Source of the DNA: a virus
Taxonomy: Duplodnaviria; Caudoviricetes
Strand: one strand, 5' to 3'
DNA length: 64,000 nucleotides
IMG/VR virus record: IMGVR_UViG_2516653005_000001
Coordinates: 1 to 64,000 of that record
Part shown: positions 39,652 through 48,385 of the stretch, in pieces
How the letters are laid out: each line of letters starts with the position of its first letter
Numbering within the stretch: the stretch's first letter is position 1
The notes under the pieces: model-generated
What the model was told of the DNA's origin: nothing
Database searches by the model: none
What the model saw: only the letters and a program-made list of their open reading frames with translations
Made by a program: the position numbers and the translations under genes

Positions 39652-40380
39652 TCAAATGACGTCTTCAAGTTCGAGGCGCTCTGCCGTAAGGATGAAATCC
39701 TTCACCAGCTCGGAGCGGACAATGTCCTCGCCCGTGAACCGGATGCCTTCGAAGCGGTCCATCTGCTCCAGGATCTTCTGAAACTTCACGAAGCCAGACT
39801 TCTGCCGATGAGGCATGTAGTCGGTCTGCTTGGTGTCGCCGCAGAAGATCACACGGGAATTGTTTCCGACACGCGTGATCAGGCTCGACAGCTCTTCGAA
39901 TGTCATGTTCTGACATTCGTCGATGATGATAACGGCGTTGTCGCGAGTGATGCCGCGAACATAGGCCGTGGTCGAGAACTCGATCAGCCCCTTCTGCTTC
40001 AGCACCTCGTAGGCGTCGCTCCGGCCGTAAAGCTCCGAGCAGATGTCCTTGTATGGCTCCTCATAGACGCGCGCCTTTTCAGACTCGCTTCCCGGCAGGA
40101 AGCCCATATCTCGGGACGGCACAGTCGATCGGAAGACGATGACCTTGTTGAAGTCGCGATTTTCGACGGCCCGCAGACCAAGATACAGCGCAATGAACGA
40201 TTTGCCGGTGCCGGCCGATCCAAAGGCATAGACGTTCTTGCCATCCTCGAAGGCGTCGAAGAACATCCCTTGTCTATCGGTAAGCGGGCGAATGTTGGCG
40301 ATGTTCATCGGATTGACCGGAGGCTTTGTGCCATTCCGCTCAGCCCGACGCTGCTTTCTATTGAGACGCTTTTCGTTCAT
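39652..40380 (-). CDS. phoH: PhoH-like ATPase
   Basis: GSAGTGKS, MGFLPG, VRGIT, IIDECQN, GDTKQTD, DIVRS. Confidence 0.95.
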   Translation of the reverse strand: MNEKRLNRKQRRAERNGTKPPVNPMNIANIRPLTDRQGMFFDAFEDGKNVYAFGSAGTGKSFIALYLGLRAVENRDFNKVIVFRSTVPSRDMGFLPGSESEKARVYEEPYKDICSELYGRSDAYEVLKQKGLIEFSTTAYVRGITRDNAVIIIDECQNMTFEELSSLITRVGNNSRVIFCGDTKQTDYMPHRQKSGFVKFQKILEQMDRFEGIRFTGEDIVRSELVKDFILTAERLELEDVI

Positions 40381-40407
40381 TGCGCACCATGAGGATCACC
40401 ACCCAAC

Positions 40408-40941
40408 TCAATGGACGGTGTCCTTCTCGACCTTTGGTCTCCCCGCGCGCTGAGCGATTTCGAGGAGCTGGTCCTCGGTCATCTCCTGCACGGGTTTGGT
40501 CACGTTGAGATTTGTGTGGTTCTCGTCCTTCTGGCCGAGATAGTTCTTTCCAAGGAAGATCGCGGCGGGCGCGTTCTTGTCGGCCAGGGCGAGCTGCTTG
40601 CGACGCAGCGAGATCTTTGCGTGCTGGAGACCATCCTCCAGCGCCTCACGCGCTTCGTCGACGGCGTTCAGGAAGTTCGTCAATCCGCGTTTGCTGATAC
40701 CGAGAACGGCTGCGATCTCCTCCTGGGTGCAGAACAGCTTTCCCAGCTCAAAGATGGTTCGCAGCGTCTCCTCGTCCGGATTGACCTTGGTGCCGCGTCG
40801 TCTGCGCGGCTTGGCGAGTTGCTCGTCGAGGAATGCCGTCTCTTCTGCGCTCTTGACCTGTTCTGCCTTTGCCGCAGCTTCGCGAGCCGCCTGCTCCTCC
40901 TTGGTCGGGCGTCCTCGACGCCGAGGTGGTAGACCTGTCAT
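40408..40941 (-). CDS. Terminase small subunit-like HTH protein
   Basis: CTQEEIAAVLGIS, SLRRKQ, AIFLGKNYLGQKD; start at MTGLPP assumed. Confidence 0.75.
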   Translation of the reverse strand: MTGLPPRRRGRPTKEEQAAREAAAKAEQVKSAEETAFLDEQLAKPRRRRGTKVNPDEETLRTIFELGKLFCTQEEIAAVLGISKRGLTNFLNAVDEAREALEDGLQHAKISLRRKQLALADKNAPAAIFLGKNYLGQKDENHTNLNVTKPVQEMTEDQLLEIAQRAGRPKVEKDTVH

Positions 40942-40949
40942 TTCCTCAC

Positions 40950-41294
40950 TCAGATGGACTCCGTAGATCCGCGAGCGCCAGGAAAGGCGCTGTCGATCCA
41001 ACTCAGAATTTGCGATTTCATGGCGGCACCGCTTCGCATGGCAGTGACCACGCCATTGTCGAACGCGACAAGCGTCGGCACTTGCGACACGGAGTATCGG
41101 CCGGCGACGATCTGGCACTGCTCGACGTCTGCGCTGTAGAAGGTCACAGCGCCCTTGAACTCGGACTCAAGTTCATCGAGTATTTTCTGGATGGCCTTAC
41201 ACGGTTGGCACCAGGTGGCACCGAACTTCACGACCACAGGCGCTCGCGCCTTCAGCACCTCGGCATTGAATGTCGAGTCCGTCAGCTCCTTCAT
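40950..41294 (-). CDS. Thioredoxin
   Basis: FGATWCQPCK, VPTL; start MKELTDSTF. Confidence 0.93.
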   Translation of the reverse strand: MKELTDSTFNAEVLKARAPVVVKFGATWCQPCKAIQKILDELESEFKGAVTFYSADVEQCQIVAGRYSVSQVPTLVAFDNGVVTAMRSGAAMKSQILSWIDSAFPGARGSTESI

Positions 41295-41296
41295 TG

Positions 41297-41707
41297 TTAC
41301 CTCGAAAAGATTTTCTTGACTGACGCCACACCGGCAACGCCGCAGACCGTCAGGATGATGTTGTATTGCATGTCGGCATACGGCCCCGGCAAAGCGGCTA
41401 CCTTCCATGAACCGACGACGTGCCCCATCAAGGGGATGCTGTCGAAGACGACAGCGGCTGCGTGGAAGATGAAGATGGCGAATGCGGTCGGCACCATCCA
41501 CGCCGTGAACCAATGCTCGCGGTCTCCAGCCCTAAGCTCGGAGGCCATGCGCGCGACTTCGACCTTGTAGCGAAGCTCCGCAACGTTGAGCTGAACATCA
41601 CCGCCGATGGCCGTCTTGAATTTTTCCAGATCGGCATCTGTCTTCTTGTTCAGCCATTCGAGAAAGCCGCTCGCGAGCCCTGGAATGAGGGTCAGGAGTT
41701 TCCACAT
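41297..41707 (-). CDS. Holin-like membrane protein (3TM type)
   Basis: Amphipathic N-terminus plus two or three TMs and a basic C-terminus. Confidence 0.55.
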   Translation of the reverse strand: MWKLLTLIPGLASGFLEWLNKKTDADLEKFKTAIGGDVQLNVAELRYKVEVARMASELRAGDREHWFTAWMVPTAFAIFIFHAAAVVFDSIPLMGHVVGSWKVAALPGPYADMQYNIILTVCGVAGVASVKKIFSR

Positions 41708-41718
41708 CTAGACCTCGG

Positions 41719-41934
41719 CTATTTGATCGGCTCAAAGTTGTCCGCGAAGTAGCGCGCAGCAACGAGCCATTGGTCAGCGTGGTTCTTCGGATTTCTTGCG
41801 ATCATGTCTCCGACTACGGGAGAGCCTGCTAGTCGATCAGCTTCGCTGATGCTAACACCGTCCAGCGGTTCACCCTGGACATACGGGCGCAGTTCGGCGA
41901 TCTGCTTTCTCTGGAATTTTTGAAAAGAACTCAC
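41719..41934 (-). CDS. Hypothetical protein
   Basis: GDMIARNPKNH.DQWLVA..YF..NFE; good RBS. Confidence 0.7.
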   Translation of the reverse strand: MSSFQKFQRKQIAELRPYVQGEPLDGVSISEADRLAGSPVVGDMIARNPKNHADQWLVAARYFADNFEPIK

Positions 41935-41948
41935 TTACTGTCCTGAAA

Positions 41949-42022
41949 TGGCACCAGAGGAAGGACTCGAACCTTCGCGCAGCGGTTTTGGAGACCGTGC
42001 GGCTACGCCGGAGCGCTCTGAT
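41949..42022 (-). tRNA. tRNA-Trp(CCA) with atypical D-arm
   Basis: Loop CUCCAAA, perfect T-arm, CCA end; D hairpin CGGC-GUA-GCCG. Confidence 0.75.
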
Positions 42023-42188
42023 ATGAAATGGCTCGGGGCTTCTCAGGGACGCAGGCCCTCGGCCCCAGTTAACTTTCCTGCGCTGCTAAGTATGTCGTGA
42101 TGGCGTCAGCCCTTTCGGCGCTTCCTCAGTTTGTGCTGCCTGTAGAGGTCAGCGATCCGCCGCAGCCGCGACCAGCGCTTTCCACCCT

Positions 42189-42278
42189 TCATTTCTTGCA
42201 CTTGCCTCCGGACTTGCGGCCTGAGCCTCCACCAGCCTTGCGGCCAGACTTTCCCTTCGACTTGGCCTTCTTCGCCAT
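42189..42278 (-). CDS. 29-aa Lys/Gly-rich basic peptide (not in the ORF track)
   Basis: MAKKAKSKGKSGRKAGGGSGRKSGGKCKK with AAGGAUGAGG upstream. Confidence 0.6.
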   Translation of the reverse strand: MAKKAKSKGKSGRKAGGGSGRKSGGKCKK

Positions 42279-42306
42279 GCCTCATCCTTTCTCTCGTGGT
42301 GTGAAT

Positions 42307-42383
42307 TGGTCTGCGCAGCAGGATTTGAACCTGCGACCTCTCGCCTCCAAAGCGAGCGCCCTACCGGACTGAGCTATACGCAG
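42307..42383 (-). tRNA. tRNA-Pro(UGG)
   Basis: Cloverleaf, loop UUUGGAG, encoded CCA. Confidence 0.93.
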
Positions 42384-42414
42384 TTTGAGCTATGTCCCGG
42401 TGATGCCGGCGTAA

Positions 42415-42690
42415 CTATCCGGCTGGATCTTCGACGTGCTCTTGCGGGATGCGCCAGTGATGCGGGACGGTCGTCACCGACATCGCGATGTTCGGAAGCA
42501 TTGTCCCGAACACCCAATCAGAATGCGTTTGGTTGATCTCTTCTGTCGGCCTGACCAGCTTCGCGTGTCTGTAGACTTCCTTTGGAACGTCGCCGTAGGC
42601 GATCGGCTCCCACTCTTCGCCGTTCAGTTTCAGCCAAGCGATCATGGCCCGCGCGTGACTCTTGGTCGACGCGACCATGACGTTCTTCAT
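42415..42690 (-). CDS. Hypothetical protein
   Basis: 91-aa ORF in the minus-strand run. Confidence 0.6.
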   Translation of the reverse strand: MKNVMVASTKSHARAMIAWLKLNGEEWEPIAYGDVPKEVYRHAKLVRPTEEINQTHSDWVFGTMLPNIAMSVTTVPHHWRIPQEHVEDPAG

Positions 42691-42700
42691 TGTTGTTCTT

Positions 42701-43018
42701 CTAAGAGATGATGCTGTCGATCCAGGCGAATAGCTCTGGGTTGTCTCGTCGCGCCATCAGAAGGTAAGGCGTCAACATGGTGACGACGCTCTCTTCATCT
42801 TCCTTCGGCGACAGGCCCGCAGCGCTCCAACATGCGTGGATGATTTCGTGCTTCAACGCCTCTGCAAAAATCGTCAGCGGAATGTCCGGCTTAATCTTGA
42901 TGGTGAGTTCGTGCCGGTCACACTCACCGAGCTGCCCCTCCTCCTCGAACTTGAGAACGCCGATCCGCAGTGTCGTTGGAAATGGCAGATCTTCTGTCGA
43001 TGTGATTCTATCGTTCAT
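42701..43018 (-). CDS. Small HExxH zinc-metallopeptidase-like protein
   Basis: LKHEIIHA followed by EEsvV. Confidence 0.65.
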   Translation of the reverse strand: MNDRITSTEDLPFPTTLRIGVLKFEEEGQLGECDRHELTIKIKPDIPLTIFAEALKHEIIHACWSAAGLSPKEDEESVVTMLTPYLLMARRDNPELFAWIDSIIS

Positions 43019-43199
43019 GGCTCGCCAATTCCGGCGGGCTGCTCGGTGATCAAAAACACTTCACTCTCACAATAAGGTCAGGCTCTTGGCGATCTGTGAC
43101 CAGCGCGGCCAATGATCCATGTAGTCCAGCGGTTCGGACTGCGTCATTTCGCGGTCCGCCATGATGAACACAACATGCTCGAATTGGCGGCAAGGACTG

Positions 43200-43454
43200 T
43201 CACACCACGAGTGGGTGGCCCAAATTTCGGGACTTAGCTGGTAGGCTTCGCGATGTCGCTCGGCGATTGAAACGTCGCTGGCCACGATCGCATTCCACGG
43301 TTCCTGTCTGAACAATCTCGCTCTCGGCCAGTGTCAGTTCGAATTTCTTGTTGAGGTCGGCTCGCGCGTCGAACACCTCACAGCATCCGCACCCGAGCAG
43401 GCACGTCTTCTTGCCGCGCAAGTTGACGTCGCCGGCATGTCGGTTGGTCTTCAT
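43200..43454 (-). CDS. Hypothetical cysteine-rich protein
   Basis: MKTNRHAG...LGCGCC; ATG overlaps the upstream stop. Confidence 0.45.
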   Translation of the reverse strand: MKTNRHAGDVNLRGKKTCLLGCGCCEVFDARADLNKKFELTLAESEIVQTGTVECDRGQRRFNRRATSRSLPAKSRNLGHPLVV

Positions 43455-43708
43455 TTTTTGATTCCGGGCGGGAGCCACGGCGCTTCGAAAATGCCCTTCT
43501 CGGCGGCCACGCACCTGACGGCGTTCGCCAGCTCTTCCCGTCTCCCCTGTTTGATGGCCGTGACCGGCGTGTCGCCGCCCAGGACATCGTTTCCTTTCAG
43601 CATGAACATCTGCGCCTCGACCGGGCCGATCAGCTTGTCGAGGTGCTGAATGACGTTCAGCGCGACGCCAGCCAGCGGGCTCGTCGAGATCGGATCGGCC
43701 TCAGGCAT
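43451..43708 (-). CDS. Xre/MbcA/ParS antitoxin C-terminal-like protein
   Basis: AQMFMLKGNDVLGGDTPVTAIKQG..EL resembles the W..xN..LGG.TP..L..G motif. Confidence 0.55.
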   Translation of the reverse strand: MPEADPISTSPLAGVALNVIQHLDKLIGPVEAQMFMLKGNDVLGGDTPVTAIKQGRREELANAVRCVAAEKGIFEAPWLPPGIKK

Positions 43709-44132
43709 GGGCCAGCACGATTAGAGATCCGCCTGTGCCAGGATCGCGCCTGGCTGCGATTTCGACTGCCGAGAGCGCGTCGGCACCGGCCTCCATCGCA
43801 CCGAGCGCAAACTCCTTGCCCGAGCCGATCGCGGTAAACTTGTCGGTCAACACAAACGACCCATCGGCCTCGTAGAGGCGGATGACACCGTTCTTGAAGG
43901 CGATGATGCCGCGATCGGTTTCGCCGGCCTCAGGCGGCGGCGTGTCTTCGCCGGCTTCCAGAAACCATCGCCGGAACTTTTCGGCGTATACTGTGCCGCC
44001 GGCAGATCCTGCCAGTGCGCCGTCGCGGTCCCGGCGGTAGATCTTGACGCAGTCGGACGAGACGATGGCGTAGCCCTGGATCATCCGCCCATCGGCGGCC
44101 ATCTCGCCATCCCTGTAGGCGATCGTCGTCAT
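43701..44132 (-). CDS. Ntn-hydrolase, HslV/proteasome-beta-like protein
   Basis: MTTIAY...AADG, KI, AG, AIGSGKEFALGAM, D..TGG. Confidence 0.8.
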   Translation of the reverse strand: MTTIAYRDGEMAADGRMIQGYAIVSSDCVKIYRRDRDGALAGSAGGTVYAEKFRRWFLEAGEDTPPPEAGETDRGIIAFKNGVIRLYEADGSFVLTDKFTAIGSGKEFALGAMEAGADALSAVEIAARRDPGTGGSLIVLAHA

Positions 44133-44392
44133 AGGCCGCGCCACCATCGCTTGATGAGATAGACCCAGACGGCCGGCGTCGTCAGATATGCGATCGTGCC
44201 CTTCGCCGTCATGGCTTGGTATCCCTTTGCGTGGACAACGTATCCGTTCCAGCAGAACTGGTTGCGGCTCTCCTTCGACACGAGGTCGCCGTCCCAAACG
44301 AGGCCGCGATCGAACAACTGGAATGCAGTGTCGAGGTCACCGCTATCTGCGCGGAATTTTCCATCGACTAGGATCTTACGGATCATGCCCAC
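44129..44392 (-). CDS. Hypothetical protein
   Basis: VWDGDLVSKESR; overlaps the next start. Confidence 0.6.
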   Translation of the reverse strand: MGMIRKILVDGKFRADSGDLDTAFQLFDRGLVWDGDLVSKESRNQFCWNGYVVHAKGYQAMTAKGTIAYLTTPAVWVYLIKRWWRGL

Positions 44393-44553
44393 GTCGAAAT
44401 TGGCCTTTTAGGGTTTGCGTTGAAACGGCGACCCTCGAAGCGAGGGGGTCTTTTTGATGACGGCAGGCCCCTGGACGGGAGTCTTCACACGGGCCTCTCG
44501 CCCGCGTCGCAGGATTGCGTCCGGTGCATAATCCCGGACTGCGCTGCCATAAC

Positions 44554-44629
44554 TGGTGCCGGCTGAGGGGCTCGAACCCCCGACCTACGGATTACAAATC
44601 CGCTGCTCTTCCAACTGAGCTAAACCGGC
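44554..44629 (-). tRNA. tRNA-Thr(UGU)
   Basis: Cloverleaf, loop UUUGUAA, encoded CCA. Confidence 0.95.
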
Positions 44630-44689
44630 GATCGGCGGAACCAGAAGGTTGCTCTGGACAAGTCGCGCATCCCCGGCTTGGATCTGCCC

Positions 44690-44947
44690 ATGAAAGATTC
44701 CAGAACCGTCATAGAGCTTGAAGCCGAGGGCTATCACCACATCTGCGGTGAATGCTGCAAAGGCTATGTCTGGTTGCCCTTCAGGATGCTGCGAGAGAGT
44801 GTGCCTAGCCTGGACACGATGACGGTCGACCAGATCGGAGCGAGAATGCGCTGCACCAAGTGCGGCAGTCGCCCGACCCGCTATTACCCAGAGCGTCAGG
44901 AGGACGCGCCGGGCTTCGTCAGGAAGTTCTCGTATCCGTCCAGTTGA
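44690..44947 (+). CDS. Small zinc-ribbon protein, antisense within the tRNA cluster
   Basis: C..CC ... RMRCTKCGSRP. Confidence 0.6.
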   Translation: MKDSRTVIELEAEGYHHICGECCKGYVWLPFRMLRESVPSLDTMTVDQIGARMRCTKCGSRPTRYYPERQEDAPGFVRKFSYPSS

Positions 44948-44950
44948 AAT

Positions 44951-45027
44951 TGGCTTGGGAGGCTGGGCTCGAACCAGCAACAACTCGGTTAACAGCCGAG
45001 CGCTCTACCAATTAAAGCTACTCCCAA
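44951..45027 (-). tRNA. tRNA-Asn(GUU)
   Basis: Cloverleaf, loop CUGUUAA, encoded CCA. Confidence 0.93.
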
Positions 45028-45218
45028 ATGCGTCGGGGTCGGAGACGATCCATCCAAAGACGTGAGCCGCTAAGGTTTCATTTGCCCGGCGTTGTCTCGA
45101 TGGCGGTCTGTCGTCCGCGACGTTGTTTGTGGAAGGCGGCGGCCCGTTGCACGCCGCATCGGTTTGACCAACCGCCCTCCAGCTCGCAGCCTGCACGCGG
45201 CCTTGAGCTATTTCGAAA

Positions 45219-45461
45219 TTACCTCGGCCCTGTGGGCCATGTGTGCTTCAGCTGGTCCGGCGCGCGGCCGGCGATGTGATAGCTTATCGAGGCGAAGCCT
45301 CCGGCGACCTCAGTCGCCCCGGCCTTGTTCTCCGCATCAGCCTTCGAGATGGCTTGCATCTCGGCCAGCAGCATGTCGAGCCGGACGTAGAAGATCACGG
45401 ACCCGATGCTGAGCCCAACCAGCGCCAGCAGCAGGCCCACCTCTTCGGCGAGGTCCAGCAC
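45219..45461 (-). CDS. Small membrane protein
   Basis: One TM helix. Confidence 0.4.
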   Translation of the reverse strand: MLDLAEEVGLLLALVGLSIGSVIFYVRLDMLLAEMQAISKADAENKAGATEVAGGFASISYHIAGRAPDQLKHTWPTGPR

Positions 45462-45861
45462 CGGCTCACTCGAACAGATAAGAGTAGAGCGCGCCGCCGA
45501 TGCAGCCGGCCAGCGTCAGAGCTCCAATCACCTCGACGCTCTGCAGCAGCGCCACCAGGAAAACCACGTCGTTCGTCATCGAACCCTCAAAAGGAAACCC
45601 CGAACTAGTCGCCCGGTCCGGGGGTCTATTCGTCAATCTGTCCGCCTCGTTTGCACTAATGCCAACGGTAGAGCATCCACTACCGCGATTGGGCGCTTTC
45701 GTCAAGAGGGCTGCAAACGGAAATGCAAACGAACCGGCCCAGGCGCAAACGGCGGGGCGTCTTGGGAATAGATCCGAGCGAAGCTCGACGGCCATCAAGC
45801 GCGGCACGCGCGGCTCCCCTCCTTGGTTAGAGGTCTGTATCTCTGTTCTGTATCTATATTC

Positions 45862-46004
45862 TGTATAAAGGTGTCGCAGATGGCGACAGGGGGTGTCTCG
45901 GAGCACGACAGGGGGTGTTGCGCAGAACGACGGAGGGTGTCGCTCTGTGAAACAGGGGGTGTCGCTTAAAACGACAGGGGGTGTTGCCGTGGGCAACAGG
46001 GGTC
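45862..46004. repeat. Iteron-like tandem array with exact 22-bp period, core CGACAGGGGGTGT
   Basis: Cores start at 45884, 45906, 45928, 45950, 45972 and 45994, with an in-phase partial GGTGT at 45870. Confidence 0.85.
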
Positions 46005-46656
46005 AGGGGTGGTGCTGAAACGGCCGATCAGGCCATGCCGGACCGCGCGAAAGCGCTGCAATATAAGGGTTTCTGTGCTATGAGTGGGTGGTGGTCTCAG
46101 CCCAGCCGGGCGAGATCGAGGGCCGCCGGGAAGGCACTGCCAGGCCAAGGGGTGGAAGGTACCCAGGTGGGAGGGAAAAGGGCCTTTTAGGGGTGGAAAG
46201 TATAAAGGGGACGCCCCAACCAGCCCCCTAGTGTGAGAAAAAAAACCTATGCTTGCTATCGATTCGCAAGCTGTTAGTTGGGAATCGTTTCCCATGCTCT
46301 TGCTTGTGCAATGTGAGTATTCATTCCTAGGTTTTCATTCCTTTGATTATTGTTGTGACTTTGTTCCTAGGTTCATTGTCCTTGCGTGGTTCCCTATTTA
46401 TAATGTGTCGTTTGCATCTTGAACTAAAGTATTATTCTTGAGTGAGTGCATTTGCATTTTCACGCTTGCAAACCGACTTGGAATGTTGTTTATGGATTGT
46501 GGAAAGCGGTTTTGAACCGGGCTTCCGGAGCGCACACCCTGCGGGGTCCGTTCCCTCTCACACTCTGAAACAGTCGTTTCCGAGAACGGGAGAGCCATGT
46601 CGAAAACGCGAAATTTTCCCGATGGTCGGGAAAACGAAAACCGGAAAGGCTACACA

Positions 46657-47736
46657 ATGGCACGCAAGGCAAAGGACAAGCCGGACACGGGCACCACGGC
46701 GACCACGGACACCACGGCAAAGACTGCGGCGGACATCGCGCAGGAAGCCGGCGAAGTGCGCCAGCCGACCGCTGAGGAGATCGCCGAAACCGAAGCGGCG
46801 AACGTTATCCAGTCCGAAGACGAAAAGCGGGTGGATACGATCCAATCCCGCGCGGCGGACATGGCGCGCAAGGCAATCGGTCAGTCCGAAAGCGCGACCT
46901 ACAACGCGGTTACCGCGCTGGCGCTCAATCTGTGCGGCGAACAAATCCGCGCCGTGCTGACTGATCAGAATTACGATCCGCTGAAAGACGATTGGATTTT
47001 CAAGCGGGACATTCTGTCGCCGCTGGCGCGTGACGGCGTCATGATCTACCGCAACACGGAAGATCTGGCAGCCGAAATCGTCAAGGCGAATACCGCCTTG
47101 CACGGTTTGCGCGGTCAGGCCCGGAAGGACGCGGAAGCGGCGCGCAACGCCTTGGCCGCAGACTATCTGAAGCTGAAACATACCGGCGCGTTGAAGAACG
47201 GCAAGCCGGAAAACGTCAAGCTGACCGATAGCCTTTCGACCATTCGCACGTACGGCAAGCGGCTTGCATCCTATATGCGGACCAATGCCGGATCGGTCAT
47301 CATCGAATGTGCGCGGTCCGCTTCGGTCGAAAGCGCGGAAGCGCGATGGTCGGCGGAAATCGCTGACCGGCTTTCCAGCAAGTGGTCTGTGATGTCGTCG
47401 CGGCTGGCTGCATACGCGGACCAATCCCGCGCGGCGAAGCCCGGCAAGGCGAAGTCGAAAGACGACGACAAACCGGCTAATGCGCCGACCGAGATCGCGC
47501 AGGAAACCGCAATCGCGACTATCGCTAAGGCGGTATCCGCCGACAAGGTGGCGGCGATCCTCGCTCTAATCGACGCGGTCGATTATGACGCCTTGATGGC
47601 TATCTCCGCACACGTCAATCAACGTGTTGGCGAAATCGGCAAGGCTGCCGAACACGACACGACCGAGACGGCGGATCAGCCCGCGACCGAAACGGCGGAA
47701 GCGTCCGAACCGGCGCAAATGGCGGAAGCGGCCTAA
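46657..47736 (+). CDS. Ala-rich hypothetical protein, first gene of the + strand early block
   Basis: AAAGG RBS before ATG 46657; strongly biased codons; hairpin terminator after it. Confidence 0.8.
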   Translation: MARKAKDKPDTGTTATTDTTAKTAADIAQEAGEVRQPTAEEIAETEAANVIQSEDEKRVDTIQSRAADMARKAIGQSESATYNAVTALALNLCGEQIRAVLTDQNYDPLKDDWIFKRDILSPLARDGVMIYRNTEDLAAEIVKANTALHGLRGQARKDAEAARNALAADYLKLKHTGALKNGKPENVKLTDSLSTIRTYGKRLASYMRTNAGSVIIECARSASVESAEARWSAEIADRLSSKWSVMSSRLAAYADQSRAAKPGKAKSKDDDKPANAPTEIAQETAIATIAKAVSADKVAAILALIDAVDYDALMAISAHVNQRVGEIGKAAEHDTTETADQPATETAEASEPAQMAEAA

Positions 47737-47751
47737 TCGCGAACTACTCGC

Positions 47752-47780
47752 GAGGGGATCAGTCCCCTCGCCCACATTTT
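47752..47780 (+). terminator. Intrinsic terminator-like hairpin
   Basis: gagggga-tcag-tcccctc followed by catttt. Confidence 0.5.
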
Positions 47781-47847
47781 CCGGTGAAAGTCGCTGCGGT
47801 GTCATGCCGTGGCGGCTTTTTTGTTGCCTGTTTTTGGGAGCTTCGTG

Positions 47848-48183
47848 ATGTCGAAACGCGGGCGGACGGTTCGTGAAATTCTCAATTCGGCCTATGAGCG
47901 CGACCCCCCGCCCTCATTTTTGGGTCGAACGGCGACCATGACCGATGACGAATGGCTGGCGATGAACGATCGCGGCCGAACCGTCAAAGACAGTGAACCG
48001 CTCGACCTGCCGCGCACTCAAGGCCCGAGCCAAGCCCTAATCGAAGGGCGCAAGATTTTCGATAGCATCGTCTATCAGGCATCCGAGCCTAAGACGCTGC
48101 ACCGCGCGCCCTACATGGGGCCGCGATTTGAACCCCCGACACCCTCCTACATGCGCCGAACCAAGCGGTTCGCGATGCGCTAG
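47848..48183 (+). CDS. Hypothetical protein
   Basis: ORF with GGAG RBS before MSKRG. Confidence 0.5.
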   Translation: MSKRGRTVREILNSAYERDPPPSFLGRTATMTDDEWLAMNDRGRTVKDSEPLDLPRTQGPSQALIEGRKIFDSIVYQASEPKTLHRAPYMGPRFEPPTPSYMRRTKRFAMR

Positions 48184-48385
48184 AGGCACGTAGCAATGTC
48201 CAAAGTCCCAATGCCGCGCATTGACTGGTCAAACCTCGAACAGGTCAAAGCCTTCGCGCGCCGCCTCGGTCCCGGCGTGTCCGTGATCAAGCATCCTGAC
48301 CGCCCCAACTACAACATCACGCATTCGTCGCGCCCCGATCAACTCGCCGGCGCGCAAATCTTGCTGCAGACCTGAGGCATGCGCC

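Noticed and set aside
43067-43454. +1 frameshift at in-frame GAG-G joining two overlapping ORFs, as a target for the 8-nt-loop tRNAs
   Set aside because: Shifting +1 at that GAG GTG hits TGA about 14 codons later, before reaching the second ORF.
45862-46004. CRISPR mini-array
   Set aside because: Period is only 22 bp with a 13-bp core and 9-bp linkers, far too short for repeat plus spacer; no cas genes seen.
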